The notes under the pieces are model-generated. The model was not told the DNA's origin and made no database searches. It worked only from the letters and a program-made list of their open reading frames with translations. A stretch of DNA of 64,000 nucleotides from Spirochaetia bacterium (lineage in GTDB: Bacteria; Spirochaetota; Spirochaetia; SZUA-6; Bin103): assembly GCA_965208575.1 (NCBI GenBank), contig CBDBOV010000004.1, positions 1,152,001-1,216,000 on the forward strand, in the 5' to 3' direction. Made by a program: the position numbers and the translations under genes. Below, piece after piece: positions 21,424-31,802 of this stretch (positions are counted from its first letter, which is position 1; each line of letters starts with the position of its first letter).

Positions 21424-21897
21424 CTACAGGATAACCGAGCCCGGGAACAGGAAGTGGAGCAGGGCCACCGCAATGCCGGCCAGCCCGGCCGGCGTGCGGT
21501 AGCCGGCCGCCAGCCTGACCGCCTTGTCGGCCGCGCCGTCGGCCGCCACCACGTGGGAGGAGCCGTCGCGGGTGGTGTGGGCCGGACGCTCCGCCCCGCT
21601 CTCGGTTTCCGCCTCCTCGGCGTTCAGAGCCACCCCGATCAGCGAGCCGCCAAGCGCGATGCCCGCCAGCGCCGGCAGCAGGTCGCCCACCACCGCGGTC
21701 TGCAACGGGTCGGCGAGCACGAACAGTTTCAGTACCCCGACTCCGGCGGTGATGGCACCGATCGCCACCCCCGACGAGCGACTGCTGATCTCCGGCAGCA
21801 GCGTCCTCATCCACGGCAACCGTTCCGCCAGATAATCGCCGGCCAGAATCACGCCGGCCAGCAGGTTGATCACGATCGACAGAAAATAGAACTGCAT
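21424..21897 (-). CDS. Hypothetical membrane protein (about 4 TM)
   Basis: MQFYFLSIVINLLAG...VVGDLLPALAG...LLHFLFPGSVIL, with an AGGAAGGA RBS. Confidence 0.75.
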   Translation of the reverse strand: MQFYFLSIVINLLAGVILAGDYLAERLPWMRTLLPEISSRSSGVAIGAITAGVGVLKLFVLADPLQTAVVGDLLPALAGIALGGSLIGVALNAEEAETESGAERPAHTTRDGSSHVVAADGAADKAVRLAAGYRTPAGLAGIAVALLHFLFPGSVIL

Positions 21898-21943
21898 GGT
21901 GCGTTTCCTTCCTGGTGACGATACACCGCGGCACTCGGCCCGG

Positions 21944-23683
21944 TCAACGCGACCGGCGGCGCCGATACCGGAACGGCCGGTGGTACCGGCCACGCCGGTG
22001 TGCACCGTGTGGCGGCCGCGGCCAGGCGGCGCGTCCTATGTACGGCAGCAGGTCCTCGGCCACGATCCAGCCGCCGGCACGGGCCGCCTCGCGGCCGGCG
22101 CGCGAGTGCACCAGTACCGCCGCGCGGGCGGCGGCATCAGCGCTCACCCCGCGGCCCAACAAGCCGGCCACCACGCCGGCGAGCACGTCGCCGGAACCGC
22201 CGGTGGCCAGCGCCGGGTTGCCGGCATCGAGGATCGCCAACCCGGCCGCGCTCGCCACGCAGCTCACGTGGCCCTTGAGAATCACGGCCGCCTGCCATCG
22301 CTCGGCCGCGGCGGCCGCGGCCGCATACGGATCGGCCAACACCCGCGCGGTGGACGTGCCGAGCATGCGCCCCATCTCGCCGGGGTGCGGCGTGAGCACC
22401 CAGCGCCCGCCGAGCGGCCGCGGGCGTCCCTCTTCAGCGGCGAGTTCGGCGAGCAGGGTCAGGCCGTCCGCGTCCAGCACGCCGGGAAGCGGCGCCGCCA
22501 GCAACTCGCCGAGCAGCGAGCGCCGCTCGGTGCTTGTGCCCCACCCCGGCCCCACCAGCAGCGCCTGGTGACGCGCCAGCAACGCCTGCAACTGCGCGCC
22601 GCCGGCGGCATCCAGGCGGCGGCACATGGCCGAGCGCGCGGCCGGCGCCACCAGCGGGTAGGTGTCGCGGTCCGCGTACAATGTCACCAGGCCGGCGCCG
22701 GCGCGCGCCGCCGCGCCCGCCGCCAGGTACGCGGCGCCGGTGGTGCCGGGCGCGGCCGCGAAAACGCCGACGTGACCGCGCGTGCCCTTGTGCGCATCGG
22801 GCGCGGCCGGCGGCAGCAGGCCGGGCAGCAGGTCGCCGGTCAACAGGTGGCAGCCGAGGCTGCGATCGGCGAGCAGTTCGCGGGGGAATCCCACCGCCGC
22901 CACCAGGATCGCCCCCACCGCGGTCCGCACGCCCGGCAGGTACAGGCAGCGCTTCGGCAGCGCCATGGTGACGGTCGCGTTGGCGCGCACCAGCGGCCCG
23001 CCGTCGTAGCCGTCGTACAGCCCGCTCGGCACGTCGACGGCCACCACGGCAGCGGGCGCCGCGTTGATGCGCTCCACGGCCGCGGCCAGCGGCTCCGTCA
23101 GCGCCGACCGCAGGCCGGTCCCGGTGATGCCGTCGAAGATCCACGCGGCGCGGCGCAGCGCGGCGCCGCCCTGCTCGCCCGCCAGCACCGGGATGCGCAG
23201 CGCGCGGCAGGCGGCCAGGTTGGCAGCGGCGGCGGTGCCGCCGCGCGGTTCGCCGCCGGCCAGCACCACCACCGCTTGCTCGGCGCCGGCGAGGTGCGCG
23301 TGGCGCGCCATCACCAGCGCGTCGCCGCCGTTGTTGCCGCGCCCGGCCACGAATGCCAGCGTGCCCGGCGCGCCCGCCGGGTGGCTGTCCCACAGGTGCG
23401 ATCGCACCGCCGCGTAGGCGTTCGCACCGGCGTTCTCCATCAGAATGCCGCCCGGCAGCGCCCATTCGCGCTGCGCGCGGCGGTCGATCTCCGCCATCTG
23501 CGCGCCCGTCACCACCGCCAGCGGGCGCAGTGCGCGCCACGCCGCCGAGCCGACCTCCACGGTCCCTATCTCGAGCCGGGTTCCTCCCGCTGCCGCTTCC
23601 GGATCGCCAGCATCTCGCGCCACGCTCCCTGCAGCGTGCGCGGCTGCGCCACGTCGTTCGCCGATCATCCTCTTCTCCGCCAT
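21944..23683 (-). CDS. nnr: Bifunctional NAD(P)H-hydrate epimerase/dehydratase
   Basis: YjeF-N motifs LMENAG, GRGNNGGD and DVPSG; YjeF-C motifs HKGTRG, GPGWG, DADGL, TPHPGE and LATGGSGDVLAG. The start is uncertain. Confidence 0.93.
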   Translation of the reverse strand: MAEKRMIGERRGAAAHAAGSVARDAGDPEAAAGGTRLEIGTVEVGSAAWRALRPLAVVTGAQMAEIDRRAQREWALPGGILMENAGANAYAAVRSHLWDSHPAGAPGTLAFVAGRGNNGGDALVMARHAHLAGAEQAVVVLAGGEPRGGTAAAANLAACRALRIPVLAGEQGGAALRRAAWIFDGITGTGLRSALTEPLAAAVERINAAPAAVVAVDVPSGLYDGYDGGPLVRANATVTMALPKRCLYLPGVRTAVGAILVAAVGFPRELLADRSLGCHLLTGDLLPGLLPPAAPDAHKGTRGHVGVFAAAPGTTGAAYLAAGAAARAGAGLVTLYADRDTYPLVAPAARSAMCRRLDAAGGAQLQALLARHQALLVGPGWGTSTERRSLLGELLAAPLPGVLDADGLTLLAELAAEEGRPRPLGGRWVLTPHPGEMGRMLGTSTARVLADPYAAAAAAAERWQAAVILKGHVSCVASAAGLAILDAGNPALATGGSGDVLAGVVAGLLGRGVSADAAARAAVLVHSRAGREAARAGGWIVAEDLLPYIGRAAWPRPPHGAHRRGRYHRPFRYRRRRSR

Positions 23684-23793
23684 TGCCCCGCCTGGCCCTG
23701 CACCCGGCCCTGGCGCCCCGAGATCGCCGCCTGCCGGCGCCGCTCTCGGCCCAACCAGCCTACCACAGGAGTCTGTCTCAATCCGACAGACTC

Positions 23794-25035
23794 CTATGGC
23801 TCCACCAGGAGGTCGCCGCGCCACCACACCATCCGTGCCCGGTCGCCGGCCCCCAGCAGACCGTACAGGACCCCGCTTTCGTTCATCCCCAGGGTGACGA
23901 AGCCGAGCCCGGTCTCATCCAGCACCCACCGGCGCCGCACCAGCACCCGCCCGTTCCTGCCCAGCACCAGCAGCGAGCGTGTCCGGTCATTCTCCCGCCG
24001 GCTCAGGTACAGCAAACCGTCCGCGGTCACGCCGAGCGGATGGTACCGCGGCCCGGCCAGCGGCTCGCTCCCGACCTGTGCAGCGCCGCGCGGCGGCCCC
24101 GCCTCCGGCAGGCCGAACGCGGCCACCACGCTGCGCGAGGCCACGTCGTACAGGCGCACGCCGGGAACGGCACCGTTGCCGCCCCGCTCGGTGCCGCCGC
24201 CGCCGCCGTTGCCGCCGTGCTCGTCCGCCCACGACTCCACGAACACCAGCAGCCGCTGCCGCGACAGCAGCGGCAGCAGGTCGCGGATCACCAGCCCCCG
24301 TTCGTCGCCGAGCTGGCCGGCGTGCTCCAGTTCCAGCCGCTCCCGCAGGTGCCCGTCGGCGTCGTACCAGTAGGTGATCCACTGCACGTCGGTGCGCGCG
24401 GTGACCACCAGCATGTCATCCGCCATCACCGTGACGCGCTCCACGAACGGGAACGGCGTGCCGCCCGGACCCTCGCGCCCGATCGCGTCCAGGTAGCTGC
24501 CGTCCGGACCGAACCGCTTGACCAGTTGCCCGTAGCCGATCGCCGTCTCATCGCCGGCGGCGTCCACCACCAGTATCCGCCGGCGGCTGTCCACCGCGAT
24601 GTGGCCCAACTCGCGAAAGCGGTGCTCGACGGCGGTGCGGGTGGCGGCGCCGCTGCCGCCGGGCGCCAGACCCACCGGCTCCGGATTGCGCGCCGGGTCG
24701 TAGATCAGCAACAGCAGGTCGCCGTGCGACGAAAGTTGCATCACCTTGCGCGCGTTGCCGTTGGCTATGTAGAACAACCCGTCGCGCATTGCGACGCGGG
24801 TCGCGTGCGGCGCCGCGGCGCCGGACACGCGCACCAGGTCCAACTGCTCGTCGAGCGGTCCGATGCCGAGGCTGAACAGCTCGTCGCCGGTCAGTTCCAC
24901 CGGCGCTCTCGCCGCGCACGCCGCCAGGACGGCCATCGCGGCGACGCCGGCAGCGAACACGCCCAGCAGCGCGGCGGGAACGCGGAGCAGCAGGGCCGGG
25001 CGCGCTCGCAACAGGGGGCCGGACACGACGGTCAT
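23794..25035 (-). CDS. Spirochete LIC_12708-like exported beta-propeller/NHL-like protein
   Basis: Hydrophobic segment ending LAAC, ELFSLGIG, AMRDGLFYIAN and IGREGPGGTPF. Divergent from secA, as recalled for other spirochetes. Confidence 0.6.
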   Translation of the reverse strand: MTVVSGPLLRARPALLLRVPAALLGVFAAGVAAMAVLAACAARAPVELTGDELFSLGIGPLDEQLDLVRVSGAAAPHATRVAMRDGLFYIANGNARKVMQLSSHGDLLLLIYDPARNPEPVGLAPGGSGAATRTAVEHRFRELGHIAVDSRRRILVVDAAGDETAIGYGQLVKRFGPDGSYLDAIGREGPGGTPFPFVERVTVMADDMLVVTARTDVQWITYWYDADGHLRERLELEHAGQLGDERGLVIRDLLPLLSRQRLLVFVESWADEHGGNGGGGGTERGGNGAVPGVRLYDVASRSVVAAFGLPEAGPPRGAAQVGSEPLAGPRYHPLGVTADGLLYLSRRENDRTRSLLVLGRNGRVLVRRRWVLDETGLGFVTLGMNESGVLYGLLGAGDRARMVWWRGDLLVEP

Positions 25036-25130
25036 CCTACGGAGCATCGCGGGACGCGCACAACCGGCAGCCGCGGCTGCCGGCGCGCCGAGAGTAGACC
25101 GGCTTCGGCGGCACAAAGTACATTGCACGC

Positions 25131-27935
25131 ATGGGCAAGATCGTGGAACGGGTGCTCGGCTCCAAGAACCAGCGCGATCTGAAGGTGCTCATGCCCCTCG
25201 TGGGGCGCATCAACGAGCTGGAAGCGGGCATGATTGCCTTGCGGGAAGCCGACTTCCCGGCTGCCACCGAGCGCTTCCGCACGCGCCTCGCCGACGGTGA
25301 AGCACTGGACGACCTGGCGCCGGAGGCGTTCGCCCTGGTGCGCGAAGCGGCGCGCCGCCGGCTCGGTGAGCGGATCTACGACTGCCAGTTGATGGGCGGC
25401 CTGGTCCTGCACCGCGGCGCGATCCTGGAGATGAAGACCGGCGAGGGCAAGACCCTGTCCAGCGTCACCGCCGCCTACCTGAATGCGCTCACCGGCCGCG
25501 GCGTACACATCGTCACCGTCAACGACTACCTGGTGGAGCTGCAGGCCGCCTGGATGGGCCAGGTGTTCGACCTGCTCGGCATCACCGTGGGAGCGATTCT
25601 GGCCAACATGGACGGTCCGCGCCGGCGCGCCGCCTACCGCTGCGACGTGACCTACGGCACCAACAACGAGTTCGGATTCGACTACCTGCGCGACAACATG
25701 AACTGGGACGAGCGCCAGAAGGTGCAGCGCAGCCACCACTTCTGCATCGTCGACGAGATCGACTCCATCCTGATCGACGAGGCGCGCACGCCGCTGATCA
25801 TCTCCGGCGCCGCCGAAGACGACACCGCGCGCTTCGCGCAGATGAACGGACTGGTGGACCGCCTCACCGAGGTGGACAAGGATCCGGCCACCGGCGAATA
25901 CCCCGACGAAGCGGACGGCTACGTACCCGACGGAGACTACAAGGTGGACGAAAAGGGCAAGCGCATCTCGTTCACCGACCAGGGCATGTCCGCCATCGAG
26001 AAGCTGCTCCAGGACCGCCGCATCATCACCGACTCGCTGTTCACGGACGACAACTTCGAGCTCATTCACTACTTCACCCAGGCGATGCGCGCCCACCGCC
26101 TGTTCCAGCGTGACGTCGACTACGTGGTACAGGACGGCAAGGTCGAAATCGTGGACGAGTTCACGGGACGCATCCTGCACGGGCGCCGCTACTCGGACGG
26201 CCTGCACCAGGCGATCGAGGCGAAGGAGCGCATCAGGATACTGCAGCGCAACCGGACCCTGGCGTCGATCACCTTCCAGAACTTCTTCAAGCTGTACGAC
26301 AAGCTGGCCGGGATGACCGGGACCGCGGATACCGAGGCTACCGAGTTCAGCCGCATCTACGACCTCGACGTGGTGGTGGTTCCGACCAACCGCCCGGTGG
26401 CGCGCCTGGACGAGGACGACGTGATCTTCCTCTCCGAGAAAGACAAGCTGAACGCCATTTGCGACGAGATTTCCGAGTGCCACCAGCGCCGCCAGCCGGT
26501 GCTGGTCGGCACCGTGTCGATCGAGAAGTCGGAACAACTGTCACGCATGCTGATCGGGCGCGGCGTGCGGCACGAGGTGCTGAACGCGAAGAATCACGCC
26601 CGCGAGGCCGCCATCATCGCGCAGGCGGGAGCCCCCGGCGCGGTGACCATCGCCACCAACATGGCGGGCCGCGGCACCGACATCAAGCTCGGCGGCAACG
26701 TCGAGTTCGCGGCGCGCCGCAAGAGTGCCGGATCGGCGGCGGCGATGCGCAAGGCGCTGGCTACCGAGTTGCCCAAGTGGCAGGCCGACCATGACGTGGT
26801 GAAGGACGCCGGCGGACTCAACGTGATCGGCACCGAGCGCCATGAATCGCGCCGCATCGACAACCAGCTCCGCGGGCGCAGCGGACGGCAGGGCGACCCC
26901 GGCCGGTCCCGGTTTTTCATCTCTCTCGACGACGACCTGATGCGCCTGTTCGGCGAGAACATGCGCAGCGTCATCGCGCGCGTCGGTTTTACCGACGGCG
27001 AGCCGCTGGCGCATCCATGGATCAACAAGTCGCTGGAACGCGCGCAGCGCCGCGTCGAGGAGCGCAACTTCGAGACCCGCAAGCACCTGCTCGACTTCGA
27101 CAATGTCCTCAACGAGCAGCGCAAGTTCATCTACGGCAAGCGCGACGAAATCATGGCGTCCGGCCGCCTGGTGCAGCGCGTCGTCGACACCGCCGTGGAC
27201 GAGTTGACCGAGATGGTGGAGGAGTGCAGCAACGAGCACGGCGCCGGCGGCGACTGGCACACGGTCCTCGCCAACCTCAAGACGCGCTACTTTCTCACCC
27301 CGGAGCATCCCGCCGCCCACTACGAAGAGCTGCCGCGACAGGAACTGGAGCAGACGCTGGCGGGCGAACTGCGCGGCGCACTGGAAGAAAAAGAGGTCCA
27401 GATCGGCCGCGAGCCATTCAACCTGTTCATCCGCTACGAGTACCTGCGCGCCATCGACAGCCGCTGGCAGGACCATCTGGAGAACCTCAGCGCGCTCCAG
27501 GAGGCGGTGCGGCTGCGCGCCTACAGCCAGAAGAATCCGCTCCTGGAGTACAAGCTTGAAGGCTTCCAGATCTTCGACCGCATGCTCGACGAGATACGCG
27601 TCGCCATCGCCGAGAAGATTTACAAGGTCACCATCCGGCACAGCGAGCGGCAGCCGGCGCGGCGCGGCGCGATGTCGACGGCACGCCACGTGTCGATCGG
27701 CCAGTTCGCCTCCGGGGCCGGCGCGGCGCCGGCTCCGAGCGGCAATGGCACGGCGCAGAACGGCACCGCCGCGACCGGCGTAGCGGCTGCCCGGAGCGCC
27801 CTCGGGCGGCGCGCGGCCGCGGTGCAGAACGTGACCGGCACCGTGCAGGCGCAGCGCGCCGTGCCCAAGGTCGGGCGCAATGCGCCCTGCCCGTGCGGCA
27901 GCGGCAAGAAGTACAAGCACTGCCACGGCACCTGA
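25131..27935 (+). CDS. secA: Preprotein translocase ATPase SecA
   Basis: [50 protein letters not shown] and the C-terminal [13 protein letters not shown]. Confidence 0.99.
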   Translation: MGKIVERVLGSKNQRDLKVLMPLVGRINELEAGMIALREADFPAATERFRTRLADGEALDDLAPEAFALVREAARRRLGERIYDCQLMGGLVLHRGAILEMKTGEGKTLSSVTAAYLNALTGRGVHIVTVNDYLVELQAAWMGQVFDLLGITVGAILANMDGPRRRAAYRCDVTYGTNNEFGFDYLRDNMNWDERQKVQRSHHFCIVDEIDSILIDEARTPLIISGAAEDDTARFAQMNGLVDRLTEVDKDPATGEYPDEADGYVPDGDYKVDEKGKRISFTDQGMSAIEKLLQDRRIITDSLFTDDNFELIHYFTQAMRAHRLFQRDVDYVVQDGKVEIVDEFTGRILHGRRYSDGLHQAIEAKERIRILQRNRTLASITFQNFFKLYDKLAGMTGTADTEATEFSRIYDLDVVVVPTNRPVARLDEDDVIFLSEKDKLNAICDEISECHQRRQPVLVGTVSIEKSEQLSRMLIGRGVRHEVLNAKNHAREAAIIAQAGAPGAVTIATNMAGRGTDIKLGGNVEFAARRKSAGSAAAMRKALATELPKWQADHDVVKDAGGLNVIGTERHESRRIDNQLRGRSGRQGDPGRSRFFISLDDDLMRLFGENMRSVIARVGFTDGEPLAHPWINKSLERAQRRVEERNFETRKHLLDFDNVLNEQRKFIYGKRDEIMASGRLVQRVVDTAVDELTEMVEECSNEHGAGGDWHTVLANLKTRYFLTPEHPAAHYEELPRQELEQTLAGELRGALEEKEVQIGREPFNLFIRYEYLRAIDSRWQDHLENLSALQEAVRLRAYSQKNPLLEYKLEGFQIFDRMLDEIRVAIAEKIYKVTIRHSERQPARRGAMSTARHVSIGQFASGAGAAPAPSGNGTAQNGTAATGVAAARSALGRRAAAVQNVTGTVQAQRAVPKVGRNAPCPCGSGKKYKHCHGT

Positions 27936-27990
27936 CACGGCCGGAAACCTGCACGGCCGGAAACCTGCACGGCCGCAACCTGACACGGCC
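27936..27990 (+). repeat. 16-bp tandem repeat x3 immediately after the secA stop
   Basis: CACGGCCGGAAACCTG x2 plus a variant copy; it resembles the secA terminal CACGGCACCTGA. Confidence 0.85.
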
Positions 27991-28005
27991 GCCGCCGCGG
28001 CGCGG

Positions 28006-29076
28006 TCAACGCAGTCCGGGTATCAGGTCGGCCGGGTTCAGATGGAGCTGGCCGCGGCGCAATTCGAAGTGCAGGTGGGGGCCGGTGGAACGCCCCGTGG
28101 AGCCGATGGCGCCGATCGCCTCGCCGCCGCTCACGCCCTCGCCGCGCGCCACGTAGATCCGGCTCAGGTGTGCGTACAGCGAGGAGTAGCCGGCGAAGTG
28201 GGCCACGATGATGTACTTGCCGAGCACGCCGTTCGATCCCACCGCCGCCACCCGGCCATCCTGCACCGAGTACACGCGGGTACCGTGCGGCGCGGCGATG
28301 TCGACGCCGCGATGCTGCCGCCAGCCGCCGGTGAACGGGTCTCTGCGCGGCCCGAACCGTGAACTGACCCAACCGGTCCGGGCCGGGCGCCCGAACGCGG
28401 TGCCGATCGCCAGGCTCAGTTCCCGTCCGGAATGCTGCACGCCGGGAAAGAACAGCTCCATGGAGGGCGTCAACTCCTCGCGCGTGATGTCGTTGGTGCG
28501 CAGCACCGCGTCCGGCAGCACGCCGCGCTCCCGGCACACCTCGTCGAGATCGGTGACCGTCAGGTATATGCCGTCCTGGTTGGGCACCTTGATCATCTCG
28601 CCGATGTCAAGCCGGTGCACGCCCATGCCCGCGGTGCGGTTCAGCGAAGCCACGGTATCGAGACTCAACCCGAAGCGATGGGCGATGCCGCTCATGGTAT
28701 CGCCGCGCCGCACCCGGTACTGCTTGATGTCGAGAATCATCGGCGCCACGTCCAGGCCGCCGCCGTGACCGCCGGCCGCGGCCGAAGCGCGTTCGGCGGA
28801 CTGCCCGGCGGCTTCGTTCAGCGATTCGATGGCAAGGGTCTCTAACCACTCGTTCGGGTAGTACAGGTACTCCTGCTGATCGTAGAGAGGCTCCGCGGCG
28901 GGGCGCGGCAGCGCAACCAGCGCCAGCACCAGTGCCGCCGCAAGCACCGATCCGACCGCGGCCCAGGGCGCGCTCGAAACACGCCTGCGCCTGCGCGGTC
29001 GGTTGATCGTTCTTAATCGAACACTGCGTCCATATCGATCAGTCCAGATATTCCTGCGGGTCGACGTGCGTTCCAT
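28006..29076 (-). CDS. LysM + M23 metallopeptidase
   Basis: TM anchor, YRVRRGDTMSGIA LysM, and the zinc motifs HRGVD, YAHL and STGPHLHFE. Confidence 0.92.
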   Translation of the reverse strand: MERTSTRRNIWTDRYGRSVRLRTINRPRRRRRVSSAPWAAVGSVLAAALVLALVALPRPAAEPLYDQQEYLYYPNEWLETLAIESLNEAAGQSAERASAAAGGHGGGLDVAPMILDIKQYRVRRGDTMSGIAHRFGLSLDTVASLNRTAGMGVHRLDIGEMIKVPNQDGIYLTVTDLDEVCRERGVLPDAVLRTNDITREELTPSMELFFPGVQHSGRELSLAIGTAFGRPARTGWVSSRFGPRRDPFTGGWRQHRGVDIAAPHGTRVYSVQDGRVAAVGSNGVLGKYIIVAHFAGYSSLYAHLSRIYVARGEGVSGGEAIGAIGSTGRSTGPHLHFELRRGQLHLNPADLIPGLR

Positions 29077-30313
29077 TCAAAAAAATCGAGAAATGAAGAT
29101 GGTTGCCGGTACTATAGCCGGTATTTCCCATCTCGCCAAGTTGTTGTCCCTGGCGCACGCGATCGCCCTGCGCGACATGCGTTCTCGCGAGATGCGCGTA
29201 CAGGGTCTGGAAGCCGTCCGGGTGGCGCAGGATGACGTAGCGCCCGTAATTGCCATTGTAGCCGGCCGACGCCACGACGCCGCTCATCGATGCAACTACC
29301 GGCGTGCCGGGCCCGTTTGCGATGTCGACCCCATTGTGAAACTTGCGCAACCCGGTGAATGGATCGTTGCGGTATCCGTACGGCGACGACAGGCGGCCCC
29401 GGGCGGGTGCTATGAACAGCCGTCCGAGCACTCGATTGCGCACGTTCTCGCTCAATCCGGCGCCCGGAATCAGCAAGATCTGCCCCGGAGTGATGATCGA
29501 ACTCGCCACCTCATTGACATCGAGGATGGCCTCCAGGCCGACCTCGTGGCGGGCCGCTATCCGGCTCAGATTGTCACCGCGGCGCACCACGTATCGAATT
29601 CCCGAGTGGCTCGGAATGACCAACTCCAGGCCGTCCTTCAGATCGCGCTCGCGGCGCAGTTCGTTGAAACTGATAATGGTGTCCAGGGTAACGTCGAAGC
29701 GCTCCGCGATTGCGCCGAGCGTGTCGCCCGCCGCGACCTCGTAGCGCCGGAACTGCACGCCGCCGTCGGCGTACTGCGCGGCCGGCACGGCAGCAGTCGA
29801 GGTGCGCTCGCCGGCGGGCGCGCCGAGGCTCAGAAGCGTGTCGATGAGCGCTTCCTGGAGGCGCCCGTCGGGCGGCAGCAACGCGGCCGCCGCGCTCGCG
29901 CGGTCGCGCACCACGGCGCCCGACGGCGCGTAGTACAGCAGCAGCCCCACGGCGGCGGCGGCGAACGCGGTCAGCGCAGCCGGCACCAGCAGCGGACGGA
30001 TGCCGCGCGTCGCCACCCGCGCCACCGCACGCGCCGCGGCGGCGCGCGTCGATTCCCACAGGTCGCCGGCCGCCGCCGCCCAGCGTGCGCCGTCGGCGGC
30101 CGGCGGGAGCACCACCGAGAGGGCTGCTCCTGCGCCCGGCACCGGCGCGGCCATGGCCGTGCCGGTGCTCAGTCCCTCTACCTGAACCGCCCGCTTGTGG
30201 CGGCGTGGATGCTGCTTGTGCAGCGCCAGACGGCGGCCGCGGCCGCCGCGGCGGCGCAGCCTGCGGCGTGCGACACGCTGGCCGCGCAGCGCGTGGTGGG
30301 CGAAGTCCCGCAT
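29039..30313 (-). CDS. 2x LysM + M23 metallopeptidase
   Basis: YEVAAGDTL, YVVRRGDNL, HNGVD, YAHL and STGNHLHF. Confidence 0.92.
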   Translation of the reverse strand: MRDFAHHALRGQRVARRRLRRRGGRGRRLALHKQHPRRHKRAVQVEGLSTGTAMAAPVPGAGAALSVVLPPAADGARWAAAAGDLWESTRAAAARAVARVATRGIRPLLVPAALTAFAAAAVGLLLYYAPSGAVVRDRASAAAALLPPDGRLQEALIDTLLSLGAPAGERTSTAAVPAAQYADGGVQFRRYEVAAGDTLGAIAERFDVTLDTIISFNELRRERDLKDGLELVIPSHSGIRYVVRRGDNLSRIAARHEVGLEAILDVNEVASSIITPGQILLIPGAGLSENVRNRVLGRLFIAPARGRLSSPYGYRNDPFTGLRKFHNGVDIANGPGTPVVASMSGVVASAGYNGNYGRYVILRHPDGFQTLYAHLARTHVAQGDRVRQGQQLGEMGNTGYSTGNHLHFSIFLNGTHVDPQEYLD

Positions 30314-30322
30314 TCATTTTGC

Positions 30323-30350
30323 ATATCGACACTTCGGACGCTCGCCATTA
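30323..30350 (-). promoter_or_regulatory. Putative sigma28 (FliA/SigD-type) promoter for the M23 peptidase pair
   Basis: TAAT-16 nt-GTCGATAT, compared with the consensus TAAA-N14-16-GCCGATAT. Confidence 0.5.
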
Positions 30351-30785
30351 CCGGCGCGGGGCGCGCGTGCCGGCGGCGAGGTTGACGATCAGCTCCACCT
30401 CGGCCGGGCTGGTGGCGAGATGGTCGACTATGGCGGCGTTGGACATTCCCATGCGGCGCAGGCGCAACACCTCCGCACGCCGGTCGGCGGACTCACGTGC
30501 AGGCCGGTCCGCCGGTGGCCGCTCGCTCGCGGCGGGCGCCGCGCCGACCTCGTCGACGCGCGCGAGCAGATCCTGCAGGCGACCGACCCCGTCCTCCAGC
30601 AGCGCCACGTTGCGCTCCGTGGCGGCATTCAGTTCGGTGACCAGGGCGGCAACTTCGGCACGCAGTTCGGACACCACGTCCGGATCGTTCATGCGGCGCG
30701 CCAGCGCCCGTCTCAGCAGCACGTAGAGGATCACCAATCCAGCCGCTTGCAACACCAGCAGAGCGATCACCATCGATCCCGCCAC
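30348..30785 (-). CDS. Single-pass membrane protein downstream of fliA (DUF6115/DUF2802/SwrB-like)
   Basis: N-terminal TM, a coiled coil (ELNAATERNVALLED) and an HTH-like C-terminus ending EVELIVNL. Confidence 0.65.
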   Translation of the reverse strand: MAGSMVIALLVLQAAGLVILYVLLRRALARRMNDPDVVSELRAEVAALVTELNAATERNVALLEDGVGRLQDLLARVDEVGAAPAASERPPADRPARESADRRAEVLRLRRMGMSNAAIVDHLATSPAEVELIVNLAAGTRAPRR

Positions 30786-30797
30786 GGCACAGCGCGT

Positions 30798-31610
30798 TCA
30801 GCTTATTCCGCGCTTCAGGTTGGTCAGTTTGGCGCGCAGCCGGATTATCGCCTTGGTGTGAAGCTGGGACACGCGCGACTCGGTGACCTGCAGCACTTCG
30901 CCGATCTCACGCAACGTCAAGTCCTCGTAGTAGTAGAGCGCCAACACGCGTTGTTCCTTCGCCGGCAACTCCTGCAGAGCCTCCAACATGACGCGCTTGA
31001 TCTCGTCCCGTTCGGCAATCGAGTCAGGGTTCAAACTGGACGGCGACTCGACACTCTCAGCGATCGAGATACGATCGCTGTCTTCGCTGTTGTAGCGCAG
31101 ATCGTTCAACGACATGACCGCGGTACTGCTGATCTTCAGGAGCAGATCCTGGAACTCCTTGAGCGTCAGATTCATCTCACGGGCGATCTCGGCGTCGACC
31201 GCCGAGCGGCCGAGCGTGGCCTCCAATTCGCGTACCGTATCTTCCACTTCACGCGCCTTTTGGCGGACCGATCTCGGTACCCAGTCGTTGCTGCGCAACT
31301 CGTCGAAGATGGCCCCGCGAATACGGGTCACGGCGTACGTCTTGAACTTGACGTGCTTGGACGGGTCGAACTTGTCGATCGCGTCGAACAGCCCGAATAC
31401 CCCATATCCGACCAGGTCGTCGAACTCCACGCTGCCGGGCATGCGAACCGCCACCTTGCCGGCAACATACTTCACCAGGGGCGCGTACTGGCGTACGAAG
31501 TAGTCGCGGATAGCCTGGTCCTTGCCGCGTCGATAGCTGGTCCAAAGCTGTTCTTCGGTCGCCTGGCTCAACGGCTCCGCCAAGCTTCGTTCACGGGTCT
31601 CAGGCGGCAT
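30798..31610 (-). CDS. fliA: RNA polymerase sigma28 factor (FliA/WhiG)
   Basis: YAPLVKYVA, DDLVGYG, FKTYAVTRIRGAIFDELR..DWVPRSVR and LTLREIGEVLQVTESRVSQLH. Confidence 0.96.
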   Translation of the reverse strand: MPPETRERSLAEPLSQATEEQLWTSYRRGKDQAIRDYFVRQYAPLVKYVAGKVAVRMPGSVEFDDLVGYGVFGLFDAIDKFDPSKHVKFKTYAVTRIRGAIFDELRSNDWVPRSVRQKAREVEDTVRELEATLGRSAVDAEIAREMNLTLKEFQDLLLKISSTAVMSLNDLRYNSEDSDRISIAESVESPSSLNPDSIAERDEIKRVMLEALQELPAKEQRVLALYYYEDLTLREIGEVLQVTESRVSQLHTKAIIRLRAKLTNLKRGIS

Positions 31611-31732
31611 GATCAGTCAGCACCGCGCCCACCGGCGACTGCGATGCCGCCCAGGAAACGCCCTTGAGGCCGCGGTCGCCCCGTATTCGGCTCGTCTGAT
31701 GCAGCGAATCGTGTCTGATTCCAAGTACCGTC

Positions 31733-31761
31733 AGGGTATGTGATCTGATGATTCGGGTCAA
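31733..31761 (-). promoter_or_regulatory. Putative internal sigma70 promoter upstream of fliA
   Basis: TTGACC-17 nt-TACCCT in the flhF-fliA gap. Confidence 0.45.
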
Positions 31762-31802
31762 CATCCCAAGCGCCTCCCGGTCGCGTACGGAAGAACCGCG
31801 GC

